From Phoronis australis (Eukaryota; Animalia; Phoronida): 64,000 nt of DNA. The notes beneath the pieces were generated by a model. The model saw only the letters and a list, made by a program, of their open reading frames with translations, had not been told where the DNA came from and made no database searches. The stretch covers positions 15,645 to 79,644 of the forward strand of contig NMRA01000809.1 of the NCBI GenBank assembly GCA_002633005.1. The letters run 5' to 3'. The translations under genes were made by a program, and so were the position numbers. How positions within the stretch are numbered: position 1 is the first letter of the stretch; every line of letters starts with the position of its first letter. Positions 11,652-24,144 of the stretch are shown here, piece by piece.

Positions 11652-14600
11652 AATAACACAAAATTACAATCTTGACTAACAGTGTCCACTTGCACAATCT
11701 GTAGATTCATACATCACAACATCCCAAAAAATCAGTCATCATGAGAATTACATGGCAGTAACATCTCGTCTTTCAACTCCTCCAATAATGTGAAGGCCCC
11801 GTGACGAAAACATGAAAAATCCCTCTCACTGGAATAGGCAGTTTCATTACAATAAAATAAACTTGCAATTTTCAACAGTATCGGATTTTTCAGTGGTCGC
11901 AACTTTTAAGTTAAAACTTAAACTGCATCGACGTATCACTATATGGCATAGGCTAAATCAGCATAATTGGTTCTGGTGTGGACCCAGAGTCATTTTCAGC
12001 ATCCACTTGCTAAAAGAAAAAAGAGCTCAAAGTCTCGGGAACTTTTTTGAAAAGCCCCACACAGGCAAACAAGTTAGGTCTTAAATGGCATGCTTCTCTA
12101 GTGTATGCACTACATTGCATGAGTAGTGCCATGTATCGATTTCCCAAACCAAAGACCAGAACCAGCTAAGCTCTTTTGGCCATGCTCTTCATTGTGGTAC
12201 AGAGTGCAAATAAATTAACTACGCAATACTCGCCCACATTTCATTAGTGGGAATCACATCGTGGTATTGATTCCATGCTATATCCTTACAAGGAAATATA
12301 GAAAGTTGTCCTTTCTATTGAGAAGTCATTTTTCCTAGAATTTGAAACAGCATGATCATTCATTGGATTCCTGCCAGGTTCCGAGGAATGTTTGGGGGAG
12401 ATTGAGAGTAAAGGATCAGACTACAAACGGGTTACCTAGGTAACTGCACTTATGTGAAGGTACACCCGTCCATTGGTCTTGATTAAAATCTTGTAGACAC
12501 TGACTACATTGCCAACAAGCAGCGGTCATTTTCACAGTATGATCATTCAGAATTCTACCAGTGGTTTCTGAATACATTAACAAAGACGGGAGGCTTGTCA
12601 GATCGAATATTGTAAAAATCACATTTTATGGCAAGTTTCATTCAGCATGCTATTTTAAATAAGTTTTAATATATGTCTATGTACAGCTACTTGGCAGTGA
12701 TCTACAGTTTGAAGGAGAACGCCAAAACGTGCACTTTAGCAATGAGTTACACCTCATGACAATATGTTCATTCTTTTCAATAAATACAAGTTCTCACCCA
12801 ACCCAAACCACATGGCACATCAAACAATATCAATCCAATAATTGCACAAAAATTGTGAAAATTCAACTTGGGAAAGGGTCATGAGATATGCAACATGGGA
12901 AAAGTAATATTTAAATGTGAACAACAGAATCAGGAGCCCATCTTTTCTCATACAGCTACATCGGGGCCTATTTTATCAAAGTTCAAAACATCGGGTCGTA
13001 GCCAAGACGACACCAGATGCTTTATTGTGAAGGCAACACTGCATTTTTTATTCAGATTTGTCTTCAAGAACCACGTTAATGAACAGTTCAAATCAAACTC
13101 AGAAGCTAAGACTGGACTTGCAAACTTGGATAAATAGTCACAAGTTCCTAAATCAAAGGTATTCCACTGTAATGTTTACTTGTCAGCTTTCTTCATGAAC
13201 TAAAACAACAAATTTAACACCTTTTAGTTACAAAATGAACCAAATCTAACATAAATTAATAACATAAGCTTGTTCCAATGAGAGTGTACACTATCACAGA
13301 AAAAAATATACAAGTTGAGAAAATCTAAGCTAAATAATGATAAAAGCTTGTTCCTGAAAACGGCATACTATCTCATATCACAGTAAAAAAATAAGTCATG
13401 GAAGTACACAAAACAGGAAATAATATCAAGTGCAAACAATTGATAAAACTGCAGAAAAAATAACTTAATATACTAACTGAAATTGAGCAAACTAAATGGT
13501 CCATTATCAAAACTTATTAAGTAAATGTAATGGAAGCATTTACCGACGCATAAAATACACAACATTAAGGACAGCGGTGTAGAATTGCACCTTAAAAGGT
13601 TACTTCAAATTGCACGACTTAGTGTCATTTATGGAGTGCAAATTATGGAGATTTATGACATGTTATTTTCATAAAATGAAACCGATTCGTTCTTGTGTAC
13701 AAATAAAATACCCAGACAACATTTCAATGGGGACTCACTAATTATTCACTGAGTAGTGTTGATGAAGAAAGGGGTTTCTTTTAAACGTCTGGGCTTTTGA
13801 CCAACAAAATTTAATAGAGACTCGACTCGAAAACAGAGGAATCGTGTCACACACTTTGAGTCTCAAGTGAAGTTTGGTGGTCACGGCCCTGAACAGAGAA
13901 ATTTAAAGCTATTCACCAGCATGGGGGTTTCTCATGACACGACAGCCTGTATTCTCTATAGGAAGGGCCACTTGTTTACTAACGCCGCCTAGTGAATTTC
14001 AAGTTCTTTATAGTCAGTAACAGCGTAAGAAATTTAAGCAATGTCATGACCAAAAGTGCCGTGAATACTTGTATACATGACAGCCTCACTTACAAAATAA
14101 GCACCATCTACAGCAAACTAAATTTTAGTATTACATTCATGCTCGAGTCAAAGAAATAATCACAGTACTTGAATGTAAGCATTTTTTCTCAAGCAAGAAC
14201 GGTGTTTCACTAGCGTCACCTGGTGAACTTCAGTTAGTAAGTACTCTGAATTTCACAATTACAGTGTGTTGAGCATATCGCATGCGCATATTCTAAGAAA
14301 TAATAGGACTTCAATTATTTCTTATAATAGAAAGTCATGTGGGTATTTATTTGTTGTCGCAATTGCCTTACTAAGAAAAATCTGTCTTATATGCGAGTAC
14401 AACATGAGCTGGAGGGCTTCAGCGGCCAAGCACAAAACAACTAAGTAATCAACTACTGACCAGCAACCAAAGCTAACCCACGGCCTTTAAAATCATTTGA
14501 CTTAAGACAGAATTTTGGCCTTTCAATCTCCCTTCACAATTGCTGAAGGCAAGTAATGAGCTCATCACTCTGTAGAATTAATTTAAAGAACTTATCTCTG

Positions 14601-15706
14601 TCAGTAAACAGCAGTTACGTGTATATTCTCATAAACTTTGCACTTTTACTCAAGTGAGATTAATTTTTCAGAAATAGTTGTGTGGAGCGTAAGATCAAAT
14701 TTGTGACTCAAGTGACAAGCCACTTTTCAGGAAATATACCTCAGGTGAATGAAAGCAATGAAAGCATAATGGTCATATTGTGGTTTACCTTCGTTCCAAA
14801 AACTGGTAGTGGAACTAGCAGTTTATATGTTCACAATACAGGCCAGTTATGACTATGCAAATGTATCTCTACGGGGACATCAACACTGACCTTGGCAGAC
14901 TTCCAAGCACTGATCCAGAGGAAGAGGGGGGGGGTGCAGAAGTAAAACACTCCTTGCTTGGACATATTTGCCCTGATTTTCCTACATTTACCACCAATGA
15001 TTAACTTTTGATTCAAGCCACTTGCAGTTATGAATTTGTTCTCAACTTTTCTGAACCCAAATTAGAGATAATTTATAGACTTTGAAAGATCTGACAGTAC
15101 GTTGTTGCTCAAGAACACGCTCAACAAGTTGGCTCGTCACTGCGGGTCATTTTATGCACTCAGGACAGTCTCAAGCAATAGCGAACTGTTAGATCTTCCA
15201 ATACCCAAAAACTACTTCTCATCTGAGTAATGAAAAAATCGATATCAGTTTTATAGCCATACGTGGTGCAAATCAAAGGTTTGTTTCTTTGATGGAACAA
15301 TGGTTTACGGCAGCTTAAACTGTAAGTGATCAATAAACAGGCATGTGCTGGTCACACAAGATGAGCCAATCTATTTTGAGCTCACAAGTTCCCATAAATC
15401 TCAACTCTGGGATTCCGACACATCCGTTTCCGCTTATCTGTAAAAATGTCAACTGCTGCAATGTTGGAATCTTTGGTACCTTCGTGTATTCACAGTCCAG
15501 TCCTTGGTACCTCCATGTGTTCACTGTCCTTCTTGGTCACGATATTGGATCAGTGACTGGATTTGAATGTATTTTTCTGGATTTCAATGTTGGTGTGATA
15601 ATAGAATGAATTGATATGGAAAATTTCTCTTTCAGAGAAGACCCTATTAAGAAGGACAATCGAAACAGCAACACAGGCAACGACTAGTTTTGTAACTAAG
15701 CTATTG

Positions 15707-16344
15707 CTATAAAGTATCTTCAGATTCCATAGAGTTGTGCTGAGGTGGCACAATATCTATTTCGGGTATATCCATGAACAATCTATCCTCTTCACCAGCC
15801 TCTTGTTCATCGTTCGCTGACAGCCACTTACTGATCATGTCATGCGGATCTTGTCGTTCAAACTCCACGGAATTTTTTTCTAATGTCTCATCCACTGACG
15901 TGTCATGGGCATCAATTATTTTAGCTATTGCAATTGGCTCCATGTGATGGTTTTCAGCATTGTTTCTGTCAGAGTCACTCAAGTGAAAACTAACCGTCGA
16001 CGACCTCGCTCCAGGGTCAAGATGATCAAACGCGTGTTCTTTGTCTGCCGACGGGGATCGCAGCGGCATCTCTTCTTCATTTTCGTTATTCCGTCGCCAC
16101 GGTAATGACGCATCGCCTGGTGACAAATGAACTTCCTCTGTAGGCGCAGCTATGACTGGTGACGGCACTGACGTGTAGTCCAGGTTATTCACCCATGATG
16201 GACATTCGCTTAGTGGGGGGCGATCATCGTCGGGGAACAGGTGCGTGTATGACGAGGAGATTGCTGGACGGCCTGTATTACGCTTCCAAGGCAACGTGAG
16301 CTCGGCAACCGTCGGTGTGCGAGGAGGCAACAGATGACCTGATT
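15707..16344 (-). CDS. SLC9A3-like: Na+/H+ exchanger last coding exon
   Basis: Acceptor ccttttcag in phase 1. Long open frame ESGHLLPPRTPTVAELTLPWKR...ESEDTL-stop (ORF 15707..16372); low-complexity disordered tail. Confidence 0.8.
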
Positions 16345-16596
16345 CTGAAAAGGGAATGTTCAAATGATTCAAGAGGTCACAATGAAGGTAGGACAGTGTT
16401 CGTAGACAATCTTGTCACAATGAAGTTAAGAGAAGAGATGGAACAACTGAAATGGAAGTACCCATTGTGGCAATCACCGACCCCTTATTTGTTGAAAAGT
16501 CACATTTAAACATCAGTGTATGTTTATGTGCGACTTGACAGATAAGTTTATCAATTTGAACACCTAGACTTGATCTGAATGGACATGTGTTTGCTT

Positions 16597-17912
16597 AAAC
16601 AAGAGCAACACGGAGCGTTGCAATGCACCCATAAATGCATCGCTAACGGTGTGCTTCTGGTGGTGTATATCTGTATCATAAAAATGGCCACTAGATGGAG
16701 CAAAATACATGGAATCCATCCAAAAATGGAAACATGCCACTTCTTCTTTTATAGAAAACTATTAACCAAATTTCATAAAAATCTGTCACAGAACTTTAGA
16801 GAAACAAAGGAAAACAGAAAAAAATGAAAATGCTACTAGGGGAACAGCATTTGCCGGATTCGTCTGAAAGTCGTCCTCGTCCGTTGTCAACTTCATATCA
16901 ATACACTTGCTAAATTTAATAACAATCCAGCAGTAGGTTTAGGAGATACAGCTATGAGTGCAAAAAAACAAAACTGCCATTAGGAGGCGCCACAGCAGAC
17001 AAACTCGTCGGAAAATCATCATCAACCATCCTCTTCACACTAAGAACATGTATGCCAATTTTCATAAATTATCCTTAGAATGGTTTGGTTGATTGAGGGG
17101 CGGACTCGAAAACAGCAAAAATGACCATAGGTGGCTCAAAATACCTTGATTCCATCTGAAAACAGGAGGATAATGTCATCTCACCAATAGATGCCTATTG
17201 TCCAAATTTTATGAAAATCCATTGAGGACTTTTGAAGATTATAGAGGTAAACAAAAAAAAAACTAAAATTGCCACTATGGGGCTCACTGGTAGTCAAATC
17301 CATTCGAAAGTTGTCGTCGTCCATAGTCAAATTCATATAAATATACTTGCTAAATTTAGTAACGATCCTGCATAGTGTTAAGGAGATACAGCCATGGTGC
17401 AAAAAAAAACTGCCACTAGGAGGCGCCACAGTACTCAAAGTCATCTGAAAATTGTCGTCATTCGTCTTCTTCATAGTAAGAATATGCATGCCAATTTTCA
17501 CAATCATTCTTAGAGTGGTTTCGTTGATAGAGGGGCGGACACCAAAAACAGACTCCAAACAATAACAATGGACACTAGGTGGTGCAAAATACCTTGAATA
17601 AATCCGAAAACAGGAGGATAGCGTCATTTCATTAAAAGATGCTTATGTGCCAAGTTTCATAAAAATCTGTTGAGGACCTTTGAAGATACAGAGGTAAATG
17701 TAAAAAACTAAAATTGCCACTAGGGAGCACAGCGGTATTTGGGTCCGTCCGAAACTCGTCGCTCTCTGTCATCAACCCCATAGGAACACACCTGCCAAAT
17801 TTCAATAAGATCCTACAAGGGGTTTGAGATACAGCCATGGATGCCGGACGCCCAGACAGAGATGACGGCAATATGCACCCACATATGAATATGTGGGATG
17901 CACAGTGCATAA
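16597..17912 (-). mobile_element. Full-length HINE/DINE-1-like element
   Basis: aaacaagagcaac-hairpin-atgcaccc at the left end, cccacatatgaatatgtggg palindrome at the right end; internal aaaattgccacta motif recurring at about 445-bp spacing. Confidence 0.75.
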
Positions 17913-18891
17913 AAATAAGTCCAGGGTCGGCTACATAAAAGTTGCATGCAGACAACCAATCCTGTAAATCCTAATCAGCTAGTAGGTTGAAAACTGAAGC
18001 ACAAACAGTGACATAAAAATAGTAAGACAACACTTAATGCTCAATAGAGGTTTGGAAATAACAATCGACAAAAGTTTATCAAGATTTAATAAACCAGGTA
18101 AATTAAGATGTCAATTATATAGATAAAAATGGTCAAACTTACACTAGCTTTCTTGACAACAAAACAGCCAATCAACATATCAACAAAACATAACATGATT
18201 AATAAAATTTGGTTAATCGCTTAATTAGTAAGCTGCCAATTAAAGCAGTGGCGAGGGAGCCCATATCCAGTTTAAGGTGTATCTCGTTAACCCATATCAT
18301 AACACTACATCTGCACAAGATGATTCATCATACCGTGTCAAGCTAATTCATGAATATACATGAAATGTATGGATGGACACTTGACTGGCAGACACATATA
18401 CAAGTGAGTGATCAACACAAACATTGATCCAGGGTTAACATGTGTCAACTATGAAGCCCCGTGTAAGTGATTACATGTTGTCAGTCTCTTTTGACACAAT
18501 ATTTTCAGAAATAGTGTCAAGGCAAACATATGAATGATATGTAATAAGAAATCGGAAATGAAGGATAACACAAACGAAGGCTGTGAATGCTAGCAATCAC
18601 ATCCGGCTGACATTAATGATTATTTTTAATAGGCCAACTGACACTGAACAAGACAGTCAGCACAACTTTCACTTTAATGGAAACAGACAAACTGACATTC
18701 TCAATACACATTAAACCATTTGTTCAAACGTGGTATTTGAACACAGATATTTAGGTTGACAGACATTAGCCTCTCATGTGTGTGACATATGAAAACTATG
18801 ACCCTAGTGTTAGAAAATCATTGTTCATTATCTAGACATGAACAAAACATGCCGATTTGATGAATGACACTATTCCAATAAGTACTGACAC

Positions 18892-19041
18892 TGGCTGCAC
18901 TTGATTCACTCAGCCGGTTCAGTTGGGTCAACAGGCTAAGACCTCTGATTGGTTCTTGGTGATGACGTACAAACCAGTCAGATGTCTTCAAAGTTAGCAG
19001 GTTGATTCGGCTGAACTGGAGAAGCGAATCAAGTGCAGCCA
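18892..19041 (+). other. Long imperfect hairpin (about 150 nt)
   Basis: Stacked stems tggctgcacttgattc/gaatcaagtgcagcca, ccggttcagttgggtcaac/gttgattcggctgaactgg, gacctctgattggtt/aaccagtcagatgtc. Confidence 0.8.
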
Positions 19042-20813
19042 CAGCATTGCATGCTTTAACCAAGAGACTACACTGAGAATGTAAAAGTGAGTTGATGCCT
19101 GCAGTAGTCACTTATCATAAAGCCAGTCAAAGCTACACTTCTTCTATTAAATATTCACAGAGTAAGCTATTAGCATAGCAAAAATCGGTCGTACTTGCGA
19201 CAAGCCGATGGCAACATTGAACATTATACATGCAGTGTTCATGACTCGTGATACGATGTGGTAAAGACACACGCCGACGTCGGAGGTACTAAAACAATCA
19301 GTTTAAGGTCGTGTGCATCCTTAAAGGGACATTCTTGATGAGAAAAGTAATTTCACAGAAATTAGCAGACACATGGAATTGAGCCGACTAGCTCCAGAAT
19401 AGCAGCTGAATACTTTCTCGTCTCACAATAATTTTGCTGTATCAAGACACAAGACATCATTGATCTACATTTTTATAAAGGCCATACAAGCATGTAATGC
19501 CTTGACAGCTACAGCGGCTTGAACAAACATGAACTCATAAAATTCCTCAGTGATTAATTTGGCTACTGTGGCTGTCCCCTCTCACTTTTTGTCTTTCATT
19601 TTATCTGTTTTAGATAAAATTGTAATCTTGTAAATAGAGTAATTAATTTTAGAAATTTATTTTAAAATATTTTACTTATTTATTAATTTATTAAACTATT
19701 GAGGCTCCGGTCAAAGCTAATAACTTCAGCAAGTCTCTCAATAATCCCAGAAATGATTTCCTTTCAGGCTAAATTTGGCAAACTTTGAAACACCTTATAT
19801 CAGGAAAAGGCTGATCTGATTCATTATTAGGAATTCATGTTTTTAGCTGTTCCACTTTGGCTTGAGGGAACAAAAAATTGGGATTTTTACATGAAAAGTT
19901 AAAAAGTTGCATAATGAAAATGAAAGGATAACACAGTAAACTGCAACATTGCGTTTTTGATATTTTATCCTGAACATGAAATTTGGGTTATGTTATTGAT
20001 AATGTTGATTTGTTATGGAAATTTACTCCGTTCCTTTTTGCTAAGGTTTAATGAAAATACAGTCATATCACCCAATTTATGGCAGATAGGTTAAAGATAA
20101 AAAAATCAATTTCTACATGCTTTCTACTATCAGAAAATATATACTTTTACAGAGCTGAATTCCATAGGTTTGTAGATATTTGTCTGAATGTACAGACTTG
20201 TGGATAAGGTCCTATATAATGTTAAAACCAATTTCAATGCAGATATTGTTGAATGCTGCCTAACCAGTGAGTGAAACACTGTCCTTCAAATAATGCCAAA
20301 ATGAACCATCAGAGCCGAGACAAAAGAAGTTCTGGAAAGCTGAGACACCAACAGACAAGAGGCGTGATATAACATGCTGTTATACTGCGATATAAGTGGC
20401 AAGCGACCATGATGAAGAAACGATAGATATTTGATCATCTCTTGACAAGATGGTACAGCCACGACTAATCTCCAGTGTCTTCATTTCGATTTCAGACAGA
20501 AAGTAGTGAATAGAATGGGAGCCATGTTCAGCCAAGGCGACTGATCACATAACAAGCATGACTCATACTGCCCCCTATCTTTCAAGGGTGGAACTACTGA
20601 GCAAAAGTCCTTCATACATTCACATACAGTAAAACAAAGGTTCCTTCTTCAAGTGAAAATTGTTCCCGAGTGGAAGTGGAAGAACCTCCTACACAGACAG
20701 GTGGCAGCACGAGTCACCAGTCTCATGTGACCAGTAAAAGCTTCCCATAATGCTACGCCCATGTCATTACAATCAGTTTCGTCGTCAGCTTCAGCCATGC
20801 AAGCTCTACTCAC

Positions 20814-20864
20814 CCCTTTTCTTGGAATCCAGCATAGGCATGTGGTGTTTTTTACTGAACCGGG
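20814..20864 (-). CDS. Candidate 51-nt exon of the NHE gene (ARFSKKHHMPMLDSKKR)
   Basis: Acceptor ctttattctgcccag, consensus donor gtgagt, symmetric phase 1/1, open frame. Confidence 0.55.
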
Positions 20865-21817
20865 CTGGGCAGAATAAAGGGGTGAAGTATGTAATGTGAA
20901 CGCGTCTAATTTAGTCACGAGTAACACAAACAAGACAGGGAAATAAAGTAAATGGGTCTGAATACAAACCACACATTGGAAATGCCTATCCAATTTAATT
21001 AGTTACTTCACCATGCGTGGAACATCCAAAGTCAGTGGGTGGAACTAAAGCACTAGTGAATTGTGGCAATAAAAGTGAGTATTGTAGACGTGTTTAAAAA
21101 GTACCCCCCGCCCCCGAGATGGACATTTTCCTAGTTTAGTAATGCTGCCAAACTTGCACGGAACCATTTTTGGATGAACCTCAGTCAGCTAAAGTTTTAA
21201 CCGCAGTGAACTAACCATAATGATTAAGTGGATGAGTCACAAAATTAAAGAGAACATACGACTGTAACAAAGTAGAAAGCAGCTATTTAGTCCGAGTACA
21301 GCTTGAACACTATTAGACTTTTTGTCAAGAAGGCGACAACAACATTGCAGAGCCGATTGCGAGGGACTAACCAACACAAATTAGGAGTGGGATGTGCTGC
21401 TTAAGGTTTCCCCGTTGCTCTTCTAGTCCTCACTGGAAAAGGGTTTTCTGGAAATTTGTCCATAAGGTTTTGGATGTTAACAAGTGCCCAGCCAAAAATG
21501 GATTAAAGCAAATTTTTTCTCAAGGGTGAACATATTCAGTGGCTCATAATTGTATACCCAGTCTGTGTGAGGTGCACTAGTTAGAATTCACTACAAACTG
21601 CATCCACATGTAATATTTAGGAGACCTGCTGGTCACTGCTGGTCACTAAGCAACTGGTTGGGCCAGCTTTGCAACAAGGGTACATCCCCGGACTCAGTAA
21701 ACAATAAAAACATATCGAAGAAGCACCTCACCAAACAATAAATGACATCATATGTCTAAACTAATAATCAACACGTCCAAAAGGTGAAGAGTGCCAAATT
21801 ACTAATGGAAATTTCAC

Positions 21818-21961
21818 CTGCTAAGCCATCAGGGTCGTCGCAGTTACTGTCCGTGGCTTCGTCTTCTTTGGCGGTGAAGGTGATGAAGCCTTCGTCCGAG
21901 TCAGAATCGGAATCTTTTTCCTCATTCACCACAGCAAATTTTGGTTTCCTGCACATCTTTT
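21818..21961 (-). CDS. SLC9A3-like: Na+/H+ exchanger tail exon, acidic
   Basis: KKMCRKPKFAVVNEEKDSDSDSDEGFITFTAKEDEATDSNCDDPDGLA; ttttcag/gtgaaa; phase 1 to 1. Confidence 0.78.
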
Positions 21962-22292
21962 CTGAAAACATTGAAAATACACAAATCAAACCCATGTTTG
22001 ATAACCGTAGCAAGTTTTGACTTGTTCAGTAGTTTCAGTGAGGCACTTATGGCCAGAAAACATGCCAAATTACAGATCCAAAAGATTATTGAGAAAACAA
22101 TGCTCTGTTTAAAAAGTTGATACCCAATGTCCACATACGAGAGGATTTAACTGCCCAAATGAAAAATATAATAGATTAAATAAATGGTTTGAATACACAA
22201 TATTAGAACTTCAATGGACAATACATTGTTGCGAATCGTGTCTTTGACATGACCTTGCAGCAACCTTGAAATGACCTTGGGGAAAAACATAC

Positions 22293-22497
22293 TCTCATCC
22301 AACACATCATCAAGGTCATCGGCGAAGCTGACATTTTTGTTGAATGAATTCTTCTTCTTGCCATTCCTGCTCTCCTTTCTCTCAGAGTGATGGTGCGCCC
22401 TCTGGCTGATGAGGTGCCGCAAGTGGTGACGAACGTGATGGTGAAAAGGTGGGTGGTTCTCAATGTCATGCAGTTGATGTTTACGGTGTTTGGTCCA
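22293..22497 (-). CDS. SLC9A3-like: Na+/H+ exchanger tail exon, His-rich
   Basis: WTKHRKHQLHDIENHPPFHHHVRHHLRHLISQRAHHHSERKES...NKNVSFADDLDDVLDE; ttccag/gtatgt; phase 0 to 1 fits neighbours. Confidence 0.8.
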
Positions 22498-23088
22498 CTG
22501 GAATCAGGATAACTAATTGTTAGGTGACGTGCATTAAAAACATTCATCTAGGTGAAGAACAACAATGGCGTTGTCACTATCCACTGCAACAACAACACTC
22601 AGGTGTATCATGATTGTAATAAGGCACTTTTCATATTGGCGCTCTCTAGAGTAATGAGAGTACGAAAATGACTTCCAATTGATCCCAACTCAGATTTGGT
22701 GGACAGAAATTCAATTACTACACAATGGTTCATGAATTTAAAAGCAGAGGGTTAAATTCCACTGTTAGCTCCTCTTATTGCTTGATTAGTTAAAGTTCAC
22801 TATTTTGTTTCAGCTATTTGACACCGGCTAGGATGAATTTCACTCACTTTATCAGCAACAGCCACAGGCTTTGTTGCGTATATTTCTTCGGCAGTGAGAA
22901 ATGTATGAAATATGATGTCCTTGTTCATACACTGATATTTGAAAAGGTTTGCCTTTTTCGTAAGACATAAGTAAATCCCGCCGCACAGCAGTGAAAATTT
23001 GGTGACATTACAATAGCAGGAAAGGTGTTAAAACATTGTTTATTCCAGTAAGTTGAAACCTCCCGTCCGCATTATATCTGTAGGTGGC

Positions 23089-23723
23089 GCTGAATGACAG
23101 GTTAGTGAATTTCAATGTCGCGCGACTATTTCGACAGTCAGTTATTAACGATAAGCAACTTAGAAAAATCAGTACAAGACAGAAGCTTTAACCAAAATGT
23201 TCATGCTAACATATTCCATTAAGAAATCCAAATGTTGGCTACTGGCCGATACATTACACAACACAACAAAACAAAAATGAACAAGAATCTTGTCATAGCC
23301 AAGACTGACAATTCCCATATTTAGCCTCAACTTTACAAAGTGATTTGTGTAGCAAAGTTATGGGGAGTAGTTCTGAATGGACACGGAACANGCTGAATGC
23401 CTGTCCACCAAAGAAATGATCGCTGTCTGACAGGTTAGTGAATTTCAATGTCGAGCGACTATTTCGACAGTCAGTTATTAACGATCAGCAACTTAGAAAA
23501 ATCAGTACAAGACAGAAGCTTTAACCAAAATGTTCATGCTAACATATTCCATTAAGAAATCCAAATGTTGGCTACTGGCCGATACATTACACAACACAAC
23601 AAAACAAAAATGAACAAGAATCTTGTCATAGCCAAGACTGACAATTCCCATATTTAGCCTCAACTTTACAAAGTGATTTGTGTAGCAAAGTTATGGGGAG
23701 TAGTTCTGAATGGACACGGAACA
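23089..23723. repeat. About 300-bp direct duplication joined by a single N
   Basis: 23089-23390 vs 23392-23723, near-identical with an indel of about 30 nt; N at 23391. Confidence 0.93.
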
Positions 23724-23923
23724 CATATCACATATATGGCAGTTCAAACAATGGCCGACACCGCTGCAATAAATTCCAGACAACACGAGGATCGTGATTA
23801 ACTGTTAAAACATTGTAGTATTGCCATGACAACAAGGTAATACTTTAACACCGCACACTTTTTGTATACTATTATTAAAATCTCTTGGTCTATTTACACC
23901 GACCTCTTGTCTATTTACACTGT

Positions 23924-23965
23924 CACGACGTTTCGGTCAGTCTATTCTCTGGCCATCATCAGGTG
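23924..23965 (-). ncRNA. Minimal type I hammerhead ribozyme motif
   Basis: Minus strand reads cac-CTGATGA-t-ggccag-agaataga-ctgacc-GAAAC-GTC-gtg: intact core, stem II with one mismatch, stem I cac/gtg, palindromic ACGT in place of stem III. Confidence 0.68.
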
Positions 23966-24102
23966 TTCCCGCGTTCTTAGAAGAACGAGCAAGGATATGT
24001 GGTACACTCGTGTAATTTTTTGTCTGAGGCAGGATTTGAACCCACGACTTCTGAAACTACAGATAATTCAAGTCCAGCACCTTAACCACTACACCAAAGA
24101 GC

Positions 24103-24144
24103 CACCTGACGATGGCCGGAGAATAGACCGCCTGAAACGTCGTG
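24103..24144 (+). ncRNA. Minimal type I hammerhead ribozyme motif (inverted copy)
   Basis: cac-CTGACGA-t-ggccgg-agaataga-ccgcct-GAAAC-GTC-gtg; core intact, stem II weaker. Confidence 0.55.

Noticed and set aside
11065-11710. THTH/CVCV-repeat ORFs (also at 60156-60356)
   Set aside because: Translations of CA/TG microsatellites.
20568-20595. Additional 28-nt NHE microexon
   Set aside because: It would shift the frame and has no compatible downstream partner.
24020-24102. Functional tRNA-Ser gene
   Set aside because: Acceptor and anticodon stems do not pair properly; treated as a SINE head.
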